DNA of 63,628 nt, filler included, from Chiloscyllium plagiosum (taxonomy: Eukaryota): the NCBI RefSeq assembly GCF_004010195.1. It is 6 parts of one record of this genome, joined end to end, with 100 filler letters (N's around TTAATTAATTAA, not from the genome) between each part and the next. Parts side by side here need not be neighbours in the genome. Positions count along the whole stretch, not along the records: positions 1 to 29,592 come from NC_057710.1; 5 more parts are not named here. One strand, 5' to 3'. Both the position numbers and the translations under genes were made by a program. Numbering within the stretch: the first letter of the stretch is position 1; each line of letters begins with the position of its first letter. Below the pieces are notes generated by a model. It saw only the letters and a list, made by a program, of their open reading frames with translations, did no database searches and had not been told where the DNA came from. Of this stretch, positions 12,663 to 24,069 are shown one piece after another.

Positions 12663-12794
12663 ATATATCACCATTTAAATAATATTCTGCCTTCCTTTTT
12701 TCCACGCCTAAGTATATAACTTCACATTTAGCTAAATTGTACTGAATCCGCCATTTTTCTGCCGACTCACTCAACCTGTTTAAATCATCTTTTG

Positions 12795-13822
12795 CAGCTG
12801 AATTGCAAAGAGACTTAGGAGTCCTAATCAAGGATTCTCTTAAGATAAACTTGCAGATTGAGTCAGTAGTTAGGAAGGCAAGTACAATGTTGGCACTTAT
12901 TTCAAGAGGACTGGAGTATAAAAGCAGGAATGTGCTTCTGAGGCTTTATAAAGCTCTGGTCAGACCATGTTTAGAGTATTGTAAGCAATTTTAAGTCCCA
13001 TACCTCAGGAAGGATGTACAGGTCCAGAGGAGGTTTACAAGAATAATCCCACAAATGAAAGGCTTAACAGATGAGGAATGTTTGAGGACTCTGGGTCCAT
13101 ACTCGATAGAGTTGAGAAGGATGAGGGGGGATCTAATTGAAACATACAGAATACTGAATGGCCTGGATAGACTAGATGTTGGGGAGATGTTTCTGTTGGT
13201 GGGAGAGACTTGGACCCGAGGACACATCCTTAGAGTAAAGGGAAGACTGTTTAGAACAGCGATAAGGAGAAACTTCTTCAGCCAGATAGCGGGAATTTAT
13301 TGCCACAGAAGGCTGTGGAGACCTGGTCATTGATTAAATTAGATTCCCTACAGTGTGGAAACAGGCCCTTCAGCCCAACAGGTCCACACCGACCCTCTGA
13401 AGAGTAACCCACCCAGTTCCATTTCCCTCTGACTAACGTACCTAACACAATGGGCAATTTAGCATGGCCAATTCACCTGACCTGCACATCTTTGGACTGT
13501 GGGAGGAAACCGGAACACCCAGAGGAAACCCTCACAGACACAGGGAGAATGTGCAAACTCCACACAGACAGTTACCCGAGGCTGAAATCTAACCTGGGAC
13601 CCTGGTGCTGTGAGGCAGCAGTGCTAATCACTGAGCCACTGTGCTGCCCCTCATTGAGTATATTTAAGACAGAGATGGATAGGTTCTTGATTGTCATGGG
13701 AATCAAAGGTTGTAGGGAGAAAGCGGGAGAATGGCGTAGAGAAAGTTATGAGCCATGTTGAATGGCAGAGCTGACTCGATAGGCTGAATGGCCTAATTTC
13801 TGTTCCTATGTCTTATGGTCTT
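12795..13822 (+). mobile_element. CR1 LINE 3' fragment containing a SINE insertion
   Basis: QRDLGVL, LVRPCLEYC and MRGDLIETY motifs. Confidence 0.85.
13334..13650 (-). mobile_element. Full-length HE1-type tRNA-derived V-SINE
   Basis: tRNA-like head, V core and CR1-like tail; TSD TCATTGA at 13327-13333 and 13651-13657. Confidence 0.9.
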
Positions 13823-13999
13823 GTGATCTTGAAATGGTTTTGCATCCTCCTCACACTTCACAAATTTTGCACTGTCAACATACTATCCGGAAATAGTATT
13901 TAGTTTCCTCATTAGATCTATATTTTATGAATAACGGGTGTCAGTTTGCTCAGTTGGCTGGATAACTGGTATATGATGCACCAGTGATTGTTGCGCCAG

Positions 14000-14282
14000 C
14001 TATCCTGTCTTCCACCATCTTCCATTGGGCAGAAGATACAAAAACTTGGAAACTTGTCGCAAGAGATTCACGAACAGCTTCTTCCCCACTGTGAACAGAC
14101 CTCTCATATATTAGAGTTGGTCTTTCTCTGTACCTTTTCTGTAGCTGTAACACTATATTCTACATCCTGTTCTATTGCCCTGATGTACTTATGTAAGGTA
14201 TGATTTGTCTGGTTAGCAGGCAAAACAATACTTTTCACTGTATCTCGGTAATCGTGACAATCATAAATCAAATTAAATCAAT
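14000..14282 (+). mobile_element. Rex1/Babar-type LINE 3' end
   Basis: LPLGRRYK..RFTNSFFP-like C-terminus followed by an (AAATC)n tail. Confidence 0.55.
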
Positions 14283-14910
14283 CTGAGGTTACCATGAGGT
14301 ATTCTCCTTCTCAAACCAGATTCCAGTGACCTCTTTTGTGATTTACAGCCCTGTTACAGCAAACAGCAAAAAAAGAATAAAGGGATACAAAAAGCTTTAA
14401 AAGATCTTAACTTATACATCTTAGCTTAGAGGCCTTCGATTACTATTGGTCAACAGAGCCGATTGTCCCTTTGTAATTGGCTCTCTTGTACAGCGTCTTT
14501 ACTCAGATGGACAAGCTCATGGCCCAGTCATGGTCCTTCATGATGTGCTGTTTTATCTTTCTCCTTGAACATTTGCCAGAACTGCCAATTAATTCGAAAT
14601 TTATCAATTCCCACAAAGTTACATGGTTTTCATCTTATGATGGATTCCAGCAATTTCCCCACTACAGAGGTCAAACTAGCTGGTCTACAGTTTCCCCATT
14701 TTTTTTTTGTTTACTCCTTTTTGAATAAGGATGTCATATTAGCATATTTCCAATCCACTGTTGCCTTTCCAAAATCCAGGGAATTTTGAAAAATCACAAC
14801 TAATGCATCCGCTATCTCTGCTACCACCTCCTTTAATATCCCAGGGTGCAAGCCATCAGGCCCCGGGGACCTATCTGCCTTCTGCCTCATCAGTAAACTT
14901 AATATCTTCT

Positions 14911-15720
14911 GTTGTGGTTCTGTTTGCCGAGCTGGAAGTTTTTGTTGCAAACGTTTCGTCCCCTGGCTAGGCGTGATCATCAGTGCTTGGGAGTCTCCTG
15001 CGAAGCGCTTCTTTGATGTTTCCTCCGGTGTTTATAGTGGTCTGTCCCTGCCGCTTCCGGTTGTCAGTTTCAGCTGTCCACTGTAGTGGTTGGTATATTG
15101 GGTCCAGGTCGATGTGTTTGTTGATGGAGTTTGTGGATAAATGCCATGCCTCTAGGAATTCCCTGGCTGTTCTCTGTCTGGCTTGCCCTATGATAAGAAA
15201 GGAGGAGAAAGTGAGGTCTGCAGATGCTGGAGATCAGAGCTGAAAATGTGTTGCTGGAAAAGCGCAGCAGGTCAGGCAGCATCTGTTTTGTGCAGTCCTT
15301 GCATGGTATTTTGTACACTACATTAGTTTTGCTCATTTTGGGTATCGGGTCCTTCGTTCTGGGGAGTTGTTGTCTGAGCGTGAATTCGACTGGGACAACA
15401 CTACTTTCATAGGGCAAGCCAGACAGAGAACAGCCAGGGAATTCTAGAGGCATGGCATTCATCCACAAACTCCATCAACAAACACATCGACCTCGACCCA
15501 ATATACCAACCACTACAGCGGACAACTGAAACTGACAACCGGAAGCGGCAGGGACAGACCACTATAAACACCGGAGGAAACATCAAAGAAGCGCTTCGCA
15601 GGAGGCTCCCAAGCACTGATGATGTCACCTAGCCAGGGGACGAAACGTTTGCAACAAAAACGTCCAGCTCGGCGAACAGAACCACAACAACGAGCACCCG
15701 AGCTACAAATCTTCGCACAA
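14911..15720. mobile_element. Poseidon-type PLE inverted insertion in an old CR1
   Basis: 14911-15194 is the reverse complement of ~15408-15688; KTNVVYKIPCKDC GIY-YIG motif; degenerate TSD AAACTT(T)AAYATCTTCT; hammerhead cores at 14949-14983 (-) and 15616-15649 (+). Confidence 0.85.
15616..15649 (+). ncRNA. Minimal hammerhead ribozyme motif (Poseidon-type PLE)
   Basis: GCA-CTGATGA-T-GTCACC-TAGCCA-GGGGAC-GAAA-CG-TT-TGC; stem I GCA/TGC. Confidence 0.7.
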
Positions 15721-16379
15721 ACTTTAACATCTTCTCCCTTGTTGTAGTAATTTCACCAAGTTCTCTGTAGTAACTGCAGTTTTAGGGAAGGAATTACTGA
15801 CTACCACTGTGAAAACAGAAATAAATTATGGTTTGGTGCCTCTGCCTTTTGAGTTTCCCATTATTTCCCAGTATATCCCGAAATATTTGCCACTGTTCTT
15901 CAACTGTCCTTTAATATTTTTGCCCAGTCCACTTGGTCCAACTCCTACCTCAAGCCTCAACACTAAAATTCTCGGAAGTGATTCTGTCTTCACTCTTTCA
16001 ATCTGTATTTGAAATTGTAGCATGTTGTGGTCACTCCTTACAAGAGATTCCTCAACTACAAGACCATGTATTAATCCTTCCTCGTTACAAATCTAAAGGA
16101 GACTGTTTTCTGGTTGGCACTATCACAAGTTGCTCTAAGAAACACTCCCTCATACACTGGATGAACCTTTCTTCGAGGCAAAGGCCAAGTTGATTAATCC
16201 AATCACCCATAATTACCATTGTGCCTTTCTCACAAGCCCTCATTATTACCTGGTTTATTCCGTGCCCAACTTCGGAAGTACTGTTTGGAGGCCTGTAACT
16301 TACTCTTACTAGGGGGTTTCTTCACTTGTTTTTTTTATTTCCACCCAGACTGATTCAACATTTTGGTCCCTATTGTGAA

Positions 16380-18250
16380 CAGTACCCTGGCTTTTCCTTA
16401 CCACCTTTCTTAAATATTGGCATCATGTTAGTCAACTTCTAGTCTTTCAGTACTCACCTGTGACTATCATGATACAAATATCTCAGTAAGAAGCCCAGCA
16501 ATCACTTCCCTAGCTTCCCACAGAGTCTGAGAGTACACCTGATTAGGTCCAGGGAATTTATCCACTTTCCTGCAGTTTAAGACACCCAGTATCTCCTCCT
16601 CTGTAATACGGCCATTTTGAAAAATGTCATCATCTAGTTCCCCCATTCTATATCTTCCATGATCTTCTCCACAGTAAACACTGATGCAAAATTAATATCT
16701 CCCCCACCTCCTATGCTTTCAAACGTCGAAAGCCTTGCTGATCTTTGAGGGGCCCTATTCTCTCCCTAGTTACCCTTTTGTTCTTAATGTATTTATAAAA
16801 TCCCTTTGGATTCTCCTTATCCCGTTTGCCAAAGCTACCTCCTGTACACTTTTTGCCCTCCTGATTTCTTGCTTAAGTATGCTCCTACTGGCTTTACACT
16901 CTTATAAGGATTCACTTGAGCTCTACTGTCAATACCTAACATATGCTTCCTGCTTTTACTTAACTAAAAATTTCTCTAGTCATCCAGCATTCCCTGCAAT
17001 TACCAGCCTTGCCTTTCACCCAACACCAATATACTGTCTGTGGACTCTCGTTATCTCATATCTGAAGGCTTCCCATTTTCCAGCTATCCCTTTACCTGCA
17101 AACATCTGTCCTCAATCAACTTTTGAAAGTTCTTGTCTCATACCATCAAAATTGGCCTTTGTCCAATTTAGAACTTCAACTTTTAGATCTGGTCTATCCT
17201 TTTCCATCACTATTTAAAAACTAATAGAGTTATGGTCGCTGGCCCCAAAGTGCGCCCTCACTGACAGCTCAGTCACAGAGTCATAGAGACGTACAGCACA
17301 GAAACAGACCCTTCGGTCTAACTCGCCCATGCCAACCAAATATCCTAATCCCTAATCTAGTCCCCTTTGCCAGCACTTGGCCCATCTCCCTCTAAACCCT
17401 TCCTAATCATATACCCATCTAGATGCCTTTTAAATGCCAAAATTGTACCAGCCTTCACCACTTCCTCTGGCAGCTCATTCCATACATGCACCACTCACAG
17501 CATGAGGAAAGTTCCTCTTAGGTGCCTTTTAATTCTTTCCCCTCTCACCCTAAACCTATGCCCTCTTTTCCTCGTCTCTCCCACCTCAGGGAAAAGACAT
17601 TGTCTATTTACCATAATCATGCCTCTCCTCATGATTTTATAAGTTTTAAAAGGTCAGCCTCTGATGCTCCAGGGAAAACAGCCCCAGCCGATTCTGCCTC
17701 TCCCTATAGCTCAAATCCTCCAACGCTGGCAGCATCTTTGTCAATCTTTTCTGTACCCTATCAAGTTTCACAACATCCTTCCAATCGGAATTAGACCAGA
17801 TTTGCACGCAGTATTCCAAAAGTGGCCTAACAAGTCAACTGCCCTGCCTTATTTCCCAAGAGTAGGTCAAGTTTTGCACCTTCTCCAGTCAGTACATCCA
17901 CATACTGAATCAGAACTTTTTCCTGTACATACTTTACAAATTCCAGTCCATCTATACCCTTAACACGATGGCAGTCCCAGTCTATGTTTGGAAAGTTTCA
18001 ATCCCCTACCTTATTATTCTTACAGATTACTGAGATCTCATTACAAATTTGTTTCTCAATATTCCACTGACATTTGGGGGATCTGTCATACAATCTCAAT
18101 GAGGTGATCATCCCTTTCTAATTTCTCAAGCCCACCCAAATAATTTCCCTGGATGTATTCTCAGGAATATCCTCCTGAAATACAACTGTAATGATATCCC
18201 TTATCAAAAACGCTAGTCCCCCTCCTCTCTTGTCTTCCTTTCTATCCTTC
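16380..18250 (-). mobile_element. CR1 ORF2 fragment with nested HER1-like 3' fragment (17276-17832)
   Basis: endonuclease and tether regions on the - strand; nested copy has the AGAGTCATAGAG tail. Confidence 0.75.
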
Positions 18251-18489
18251 ATATTACATGTTATTAAAGGAGAATTAAAAATGGTAAAAAGTTAAAGTTA
18301 ACACGTAAATGTACACTTATTCAGAACAAAATAAATGACAGTGAACAAAATAAATTACAGCCATGACAGTGACATGGTTACAAGTAGCTTCAAAACCATG
18401 ACCACAGTCATTTTGAAGGACATGGGCAACAGATAAAGTAGGGTAAGAAAGTAAAATAGGGCTGAGTCAGCTCAGCTTCATCTGGTAGG

Positions 18490-20400
18490 ATTCTCTGAAG
18501 AGGTAACGAGTAAGTTAGACAAAGAAGAACTAATGGATGTGATCTGTTTGTATTCCCAGAAGCCTTTTGACAAGTATCCGCACAGGAGACTACACAATAG
18601 ACAAGAGCGCTTATGTTAGGGACATGTTACCGGCATGGACAGAAGATTGACTGGCAGAAGGCAGAGTAGGGATAAATAGGTCAGTGATAAGTGGAGTTCC
18701 ACAAAGATCATTGTGGCAGCACAATTATTTACATCATACTTTAACAATCTGGATGGAGGAACTCAGGGCATTGGTGCTAAATTTGCAGGTGGCACAAACA
18801 TAGGTGGAAGGACAGGTAGGGTGGAGGGAGCAGGGAACATGCAGAAGAACTTGCAAAGGTCACGAGAGTGGGCAAAGAAGTGGCAGATGGAATACAATAT
18901 GGCAAAGCGTGAGGTTATGAACTTTGGTGGGAAGAATGAAGGCATAGATTGTTTTCTAAATGGGGAAAGCCTTCGGAAATCTGGAGCACACGTGCAACTT
19001 TATAATCAGGGGTTTGTTATACAATGCCAGGCCAGGCTGGTGGAGGACCTCTGTCTTGTGAATGTTCATGATGAGCTCATATTATCATGTGCCTCTGTAA
19101 AGGTGCTGACAATGGTTTGGAGTTCATCCTCTGAGTTTGCACATGGACAAGCATCATCTGCATACTGTAGTTCAATGACACTGTTGGGGTGAGTTTGGTT
19201 CTGGCTTGGAGGTGGCAGAGGTTGAACAATTTCCCGCAGGTTCTCTCCGTTAACTCCACTCCAGCAAGCAGCTTGTCAGCAGCAAGGTAGATCGAGAACA
19301 ATGTTAGGGCAATGGCGCAACCCTGCTTGAGACCAGCCCAAAGTGGGAATGGGTTGGTGGTAGAGCCATTTGCCATTACCACGATTTCCATGTCATTGTG
19401 GCTGGTGAAAGATAGTGACAAACTTTATGGTACAGCCAAAGGATGCTCCATGATGCTTCCTGGTGTCAATGGCCTTTATAAGGTCCAAGAAGGACATGTA
19501 CAGGGGGTACTTGTTTTCTCTGCATTTCTCCTGCAGCTGTCATGCAGTGAAATCAATAATTCCCCGATGGGCCCAGAAACCACACTGCAAATTCAGGGAG
19601 AAGTTCCTCAGCTACTGGGAGGAGACAGTTGAGGAGGGCCTCAGCAATGGCTTTTCCAATGGTTGAAAGCAGGGAGATACCCCTGTGGTTCCCACAGTCG
19701 GACTTGTTGTTCTTTTCCTGTCCAAATGCAGCATACCCAACCTCCTCATCACCACAAGACAATGTGGCAGCACTCGCGCTTCAAACACTGTCACCTACTT
19801 GACTACAACATCGTCAGAGCCAGGTATTGGGAAGACGTTAAAATCACCTGCAACATGACAGGAGCAATTGTATCGGGCCTTGGTGAAACCATGCCTGGAA
19901 CACATCTGTGTTCAGTTTGGTCTCCTAATCTGAGGAAAGATCGGAGACAATGCATGAAAAGTTCAGTAGACCGAGTCCTGGAATGGCAGGACTGATGACT
20001 TAAGAGAGATTGGATCAGTTAGGACTTTGTTGATGAGAGTTTAGAAGAATAAAGTTTGGCAGGGTACGAGTTCTCATAGAAACCTATAACATTCTAGCAG
20101 GACTAGACAGGACAAGACCAGGAAGGGTGTTCCTCATGATCAAGGCGTCTGCAACCACAGTTCACAGTCTGAGGAGTAGGCCATTTAGGACTGAGATGAG
20201 GAGGAATTTGTTCAACCAGAGAGTGGCAAGTCCGTAGAATTCTCTCGCACAGAAAGTGGTTGAGGCCAAAGTATTGGAAGTGTTCAAGAAAAGTTTGATA
20301 TTGTTCTTTGCGGCAAGGGCATCAAAGCATGTGGAGAGAAAGCAGATCAGGATGCAAGGGTGGATGATCAGCCATGATCACAGTGAACGGAGAAGCATGC
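18490..20400 (+). mobile_element. Old CR1 RT/3' fragment interrupted by an RTE element
   Basis: KFAGGT and WAKKWQMEYN motifs; resumes near 19870. Confidence 0.7.
19000..19865 (-). mobile_element. RTE-clade LINE RT fragment
   Basis: CGNHRGISLLSTIGK..LLPVAEELLPE and GLKQGCAIALTLFSIYL. Confidence 0.75.
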
Positions 20401-20696
20401 TCAAAGAGCCACGTTTTCTCATTTTGGTCTTGTTTACTGTGCATTTGTACTTGGTTTTATTTAAGGATTGCAATGGGGTTCCCAAGGGTTTGACTTTGGA
20501 CCTTTGCTTTTCTTAATGGATTGAAAGTATGTGGGCTTTGAAGAGAATCATGATAGACTTCTATTGGTGTTAAGTACACTGATGGAAACATGGCTAGAGC
20601 ACTGTTGTAGTCTGAACACTAAATTGCTAATGGTGGCCTATATATGGGGAAGAAGCTCCATTATTTGCAGGTTTGGCCCATATTCTCTGCATTTTC

Positions 20697-21005
20697 AATA
20701 GACAATAGGTGCAGGAGTAGGCCATTCTGCCCTTCGAGCCTGCACCACCATTCATTACGATCATGGCTGATCATCCTCAATCAGTATCCTGTTCCTGCCT
20801 TATCTCCATAACCCTTGATTCCACTATCCTTGAGAGCTCTATCCAACTCTTTTTTAAACGAATCCAGAGACTGGGCCTCCATTACCCTCTGAGGCAGAGC
20901 ATTCCACACACCCACCACTCTCTGGGTGAAGAAGTTTCTCCTCATCTCTGTCCTAAATGGCCTACCCCTTATTTTTAAGCTGCGTCCTCTGGTTCGGGAC
21001 TCACT
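20697..21005 (-). mobile_element. Young CR1 3' end
   Basis: near-identical to 32244-32550. Confidence 0.9.
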
Positions 21006-21119
21006 TTTCATTGTTTTACCAGTCATCATGCATCCAAGCAGATATAGGGAATTATGGAGAGCCTGAGTGGAGCTATGTGTGTAGTGCAGCTTTGCTTTCA
21101 AGATCATTGAATCATAAAG

Positions 21120-21415
21120 GGAAGTAATGACATAGTGGTATTATTGCTGCACCCAGTGTCATATTCAAATTTCACCATGGCAGAGGATGCAATTTGAATT
21201 CAACAAAAGTGTGGAATCACGAGTCTAAACCGTGAAACCATGGTCAATATGTTGGTTTGCCGTAAGACCCATCTGGTTCATGAATGTCCTTTAAGGAAGG
21301 AAACTGCCATCATTATGTGGTCTGGCCTACATGCAACCCCAGACTGACAACAATGTGGTTGACTCTGAACTGTCTTCTGGGCAATTAGAATGAGCAATAA
21401 TTGTTGGTCAGGCCT
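21120..21415 (+). mobile_element. DeuSINE/SacSINE1-like SINE
   Basis: CCCATCTGGTTCA..TGGTCTGGCCTACATG core and GGGCAATTAG tail, shared with 31656-31863, 35303-35443, 45295-45647 and 60840-61120. Confidence 0.6.
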
Positions 21416-21713
21416 GTGAATGGAGAAAATAAGTACAAAAGAGCGCTTTCAGCCCATTGAGTCTTTATTGTCAAAAATCCTCTACATCCTGCTTTCCAGC
21501 ACTCAGCCCATAGATTTGAATGTTATGACATTTCAATTGCTCATCCAAGTACTTCTTAAAGGCTGTGATGTTTCCCACCTCAACAACCGAGATCCCCACC
21601 AACGTCTGGATGAAAAATGTATTCCTTGAACCCCCACTAAACCTCCTCCCTTTCACGTTAAAATCATGCTATCTTTTTAATTCAATGTTTTCTTATCTCC
21701 TTGCATTTTACAG

Positions 21714-21809
21714 GAGAAACGATTGATGCTGAAAGTATAAAACCAACACCTCGAATTATTGAAAGCAAGTACACCCATCCCAAAGCAAGAACAACTGGTG
21801 CAGGAAACA
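21714..21809 (+). CDS. ADAM exon, juxtamembrane stalk (G)ETIDAESIKPTPRIIESKYTHPKARTTGAGN
   Basis: long pyrimidine tract and TTTTACAG acceptor, GTAAGA donor; 96 bp, phase 1-1, open and in frame with both flanking exons; unique sequence between repeats. Confidence 0.65.
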
Positions 21810-21953
21810 GTAAGAAAACTGCAAATGTTTTTTGACATCTCCAGGAACTTCAGTTAGAACCACATTTTGAGCTTTGTGTGCACTTCTGTTTGCCATACAA
21901 TCAGAAAGGTGTGGTGCCTTTGGAGAGGCTGCAAAAGGTGTTTACCAGGATAT

Positions 21954-22035
21954 GGGCTCATGCCCGAAACGTCAATTCTCCTGTTCCTTGGATGCTGCCT
22001 GACCTGCTGCGCTTTTCCAGCAACACATTTTCAGC
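21954..22035 (+). mobile_element. Mini PLE-terminus insertion in a CR1 fragment
   Basis: TSD TTTA(C/A)CAGGATAT at 21941-21953 and 22036-22048; begins in hammerhead stem II (GGGCTCATGCCCGAAACGTC). Confidence 0.8.
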
Positions 22036-22539
22036 TTTAACAGGATATTGTCTTGATTGGAGGATTATTAGCTCTAAGGAGAGGTTGGACAAACTTGGAT
22101 TGTTTTCATGAGAGCACCTCAGGCTGATGGGTGACCTAATCAAAGTCTGTAAAATTGTGAGAGGCATGCAAAGGGTGGATTGTCAAGAGTCTGTTTCTTC
22201 GAGTGGAAATGCCAAATGCCTGGGGCATAGATTAAAGGTGAGCGGGGGATGGTGTTAGGTACCTGGAATGTGCTGCCAGGAAATGTAGTGAAAGCAGAGA
22301 CAATAGCAATTTTAAGAGGCTTCAAACAGAAACATGAATAGCAAGGAATAATGGGATACGGAGCTTGTGTAGATGGATGGGATAGTTTAAACTGGCATTA
22401 CAGTTAGCACACATGTCGTAGTCCGAAGGGATTGTTCCTTACTGTACTGTTTTGTGTTCAAGCCTAGTTTGACACAAAGTAAAATCAAATGCCTCAAGAT
22501 TTATTTCTGTTCAGTAAGCAATTGCATGTTCCTTCAAAT

Positions 22540-23129
22540 CGGCTTCATGAAGAGAAATTGTGTCTAATTTTTTCGAGTTGTTCAAGGAAATCTCAATAAT
22601 CAAGGAAAAGGTGTGTTGTATTTGAACTTTCAGAAGGCGTTCGACAAGGTACCTCACAAAAGGCTAAATCATTAGATAAGATCCTAAATTAACGTGGATA
22701 GGGAATTGACTACTTGGCAGGAAAAAGCAAGTGGAGATGAGGGACTTTTTTTCAGATTGTTGACTTGAGAATAGTGAGGCTTCACAGGGATCAGTGCTGG
22801 GACTTCAACTGTTTACAATATATATTGATGACTTGGAGGAAGGAAGCAAGTGTACTCTGGCCAGATTTGCAAAGTGGATAGAAACAGTTTATTGAGAGCA
22901 ATCGATAGATGAAGTTAGTGGGCAAAAAGTTGTTAAATGGAATGTAATGTGGGAAAATGTGAAGTGTTTCTTTTTGGGAGAGAACAAAAGAACAGTATTA
23001 TTTAAATGGGAGAAAGCTACAGCACAAAGGCACTTGGGGGACCTTGTGCATGAAACACAGAAAGCTTGCACCTGGTCACAACAGGTTATCAGGAAGATTA
23101 ATGGAACGTTGGCCCTTATTTCAAGGGGA
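22540..23129 (+). mobile_element. Old CR1 RT fragment (continues at 25060-25220)
   Basis: FQKAFDKVPH and QGSVLG motifs; resumes after nested elements. Confidence 0.7.
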
Positions 23130-23708
23130 GATAGTGAGGACTGCAGATGCTGGAAAGTCAGAGATGGTAAAGTGTGATGCTGGAAAAGGTACAGCAGGGC
23201 AGACAGCATCTGAGGAGAAAGAGAGATGACGTTTCAGGCATAACTCTGCATCAGGACTGAGGTTTTTTTATTCATTTGTGGGACTTGAGCATCGCTGACT
23301 GGCCAGCGTTGATAGCCCATCCCTATTTGCCCTTGAGAAGGTCATATTGATCTGTCTTCTTGAATCGCTGCAGTCCACTTGCTGTGGGTTGACCTACAAT
23401 GCCCGTGGGGAGGGAATTCCAGGATTTTGGCCCAATGACTGTGAAGGAACGACGGTATAATTCCAAGTCAGGGTGGTGAATGGCTTGGAGGGGCATTTGC
23501 AAGTGGTGGTGTTCCCAAGTAACTGCCTCCCTTGTCCTTTTGTATGGAAGTGGTCGTGGGTTTGGAAGGTGCTGTCTAAGGATCTGGTGAATTTCTGCAG
23601 TGCATCTTGTAGATAGTACACACTTTTGCTACTGAGCCCCAGTGGTGGAGGGATTAAATGTTTGTAGATGTGGTGCCAATCAAGCAGGTTATCTTATCCT
23701 GGATGGTG

Positions 23709-24069
23709 CTGGAAATGTGTTGCTGGAAAAGCGCAGCAGGTCAGGCAGCATCCAGGGAACAGGAGAATCGACGTTTCGGGCATAAGCCCTTCTTCAGGAA
23801 TGAGGAAAGTTTGTCCAGCAGGCTAAGATAAAAGATAGGGAGGAGGGACTTGGGGGAGGGGCGTCGGAAATGTGATAGGTCCGACGCCCCTCCCCCAAGT
23901 CCCTCCTCCCTACCTTTTATCTTAGCCTGCTGGACAAACTTTCCTCATTCCTGAAGAAGGGCTTATGCCCGAAACGTCGATTCTCCTGTTCCCTGGATGC
24001 TGCCTGACCTGCTGCGCTTTTCCAGCAACACATTTCCAGCTCTGATCTCCAGCATCTGCAGACCTCACT
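23709..24069. mobile_element. Neptune-type PLE hairpin insertion with 15-bp TSD
   Basis: 161-bp inverted arms 23708-23868 / 23880-24040; TSD TTATCCTGGATGGTG at 23694-23708 and 24070-24084. Confidence 0.9.
23951..23978 (+). ncRNA. Minimal hammerhead ribozyme motif (mirror copy at 23770-23797, -)
   Basis: CTGAAGA-A-GGGC-TTAT-GCCC-GAAA-CG-TC. Confidence 0.72.
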
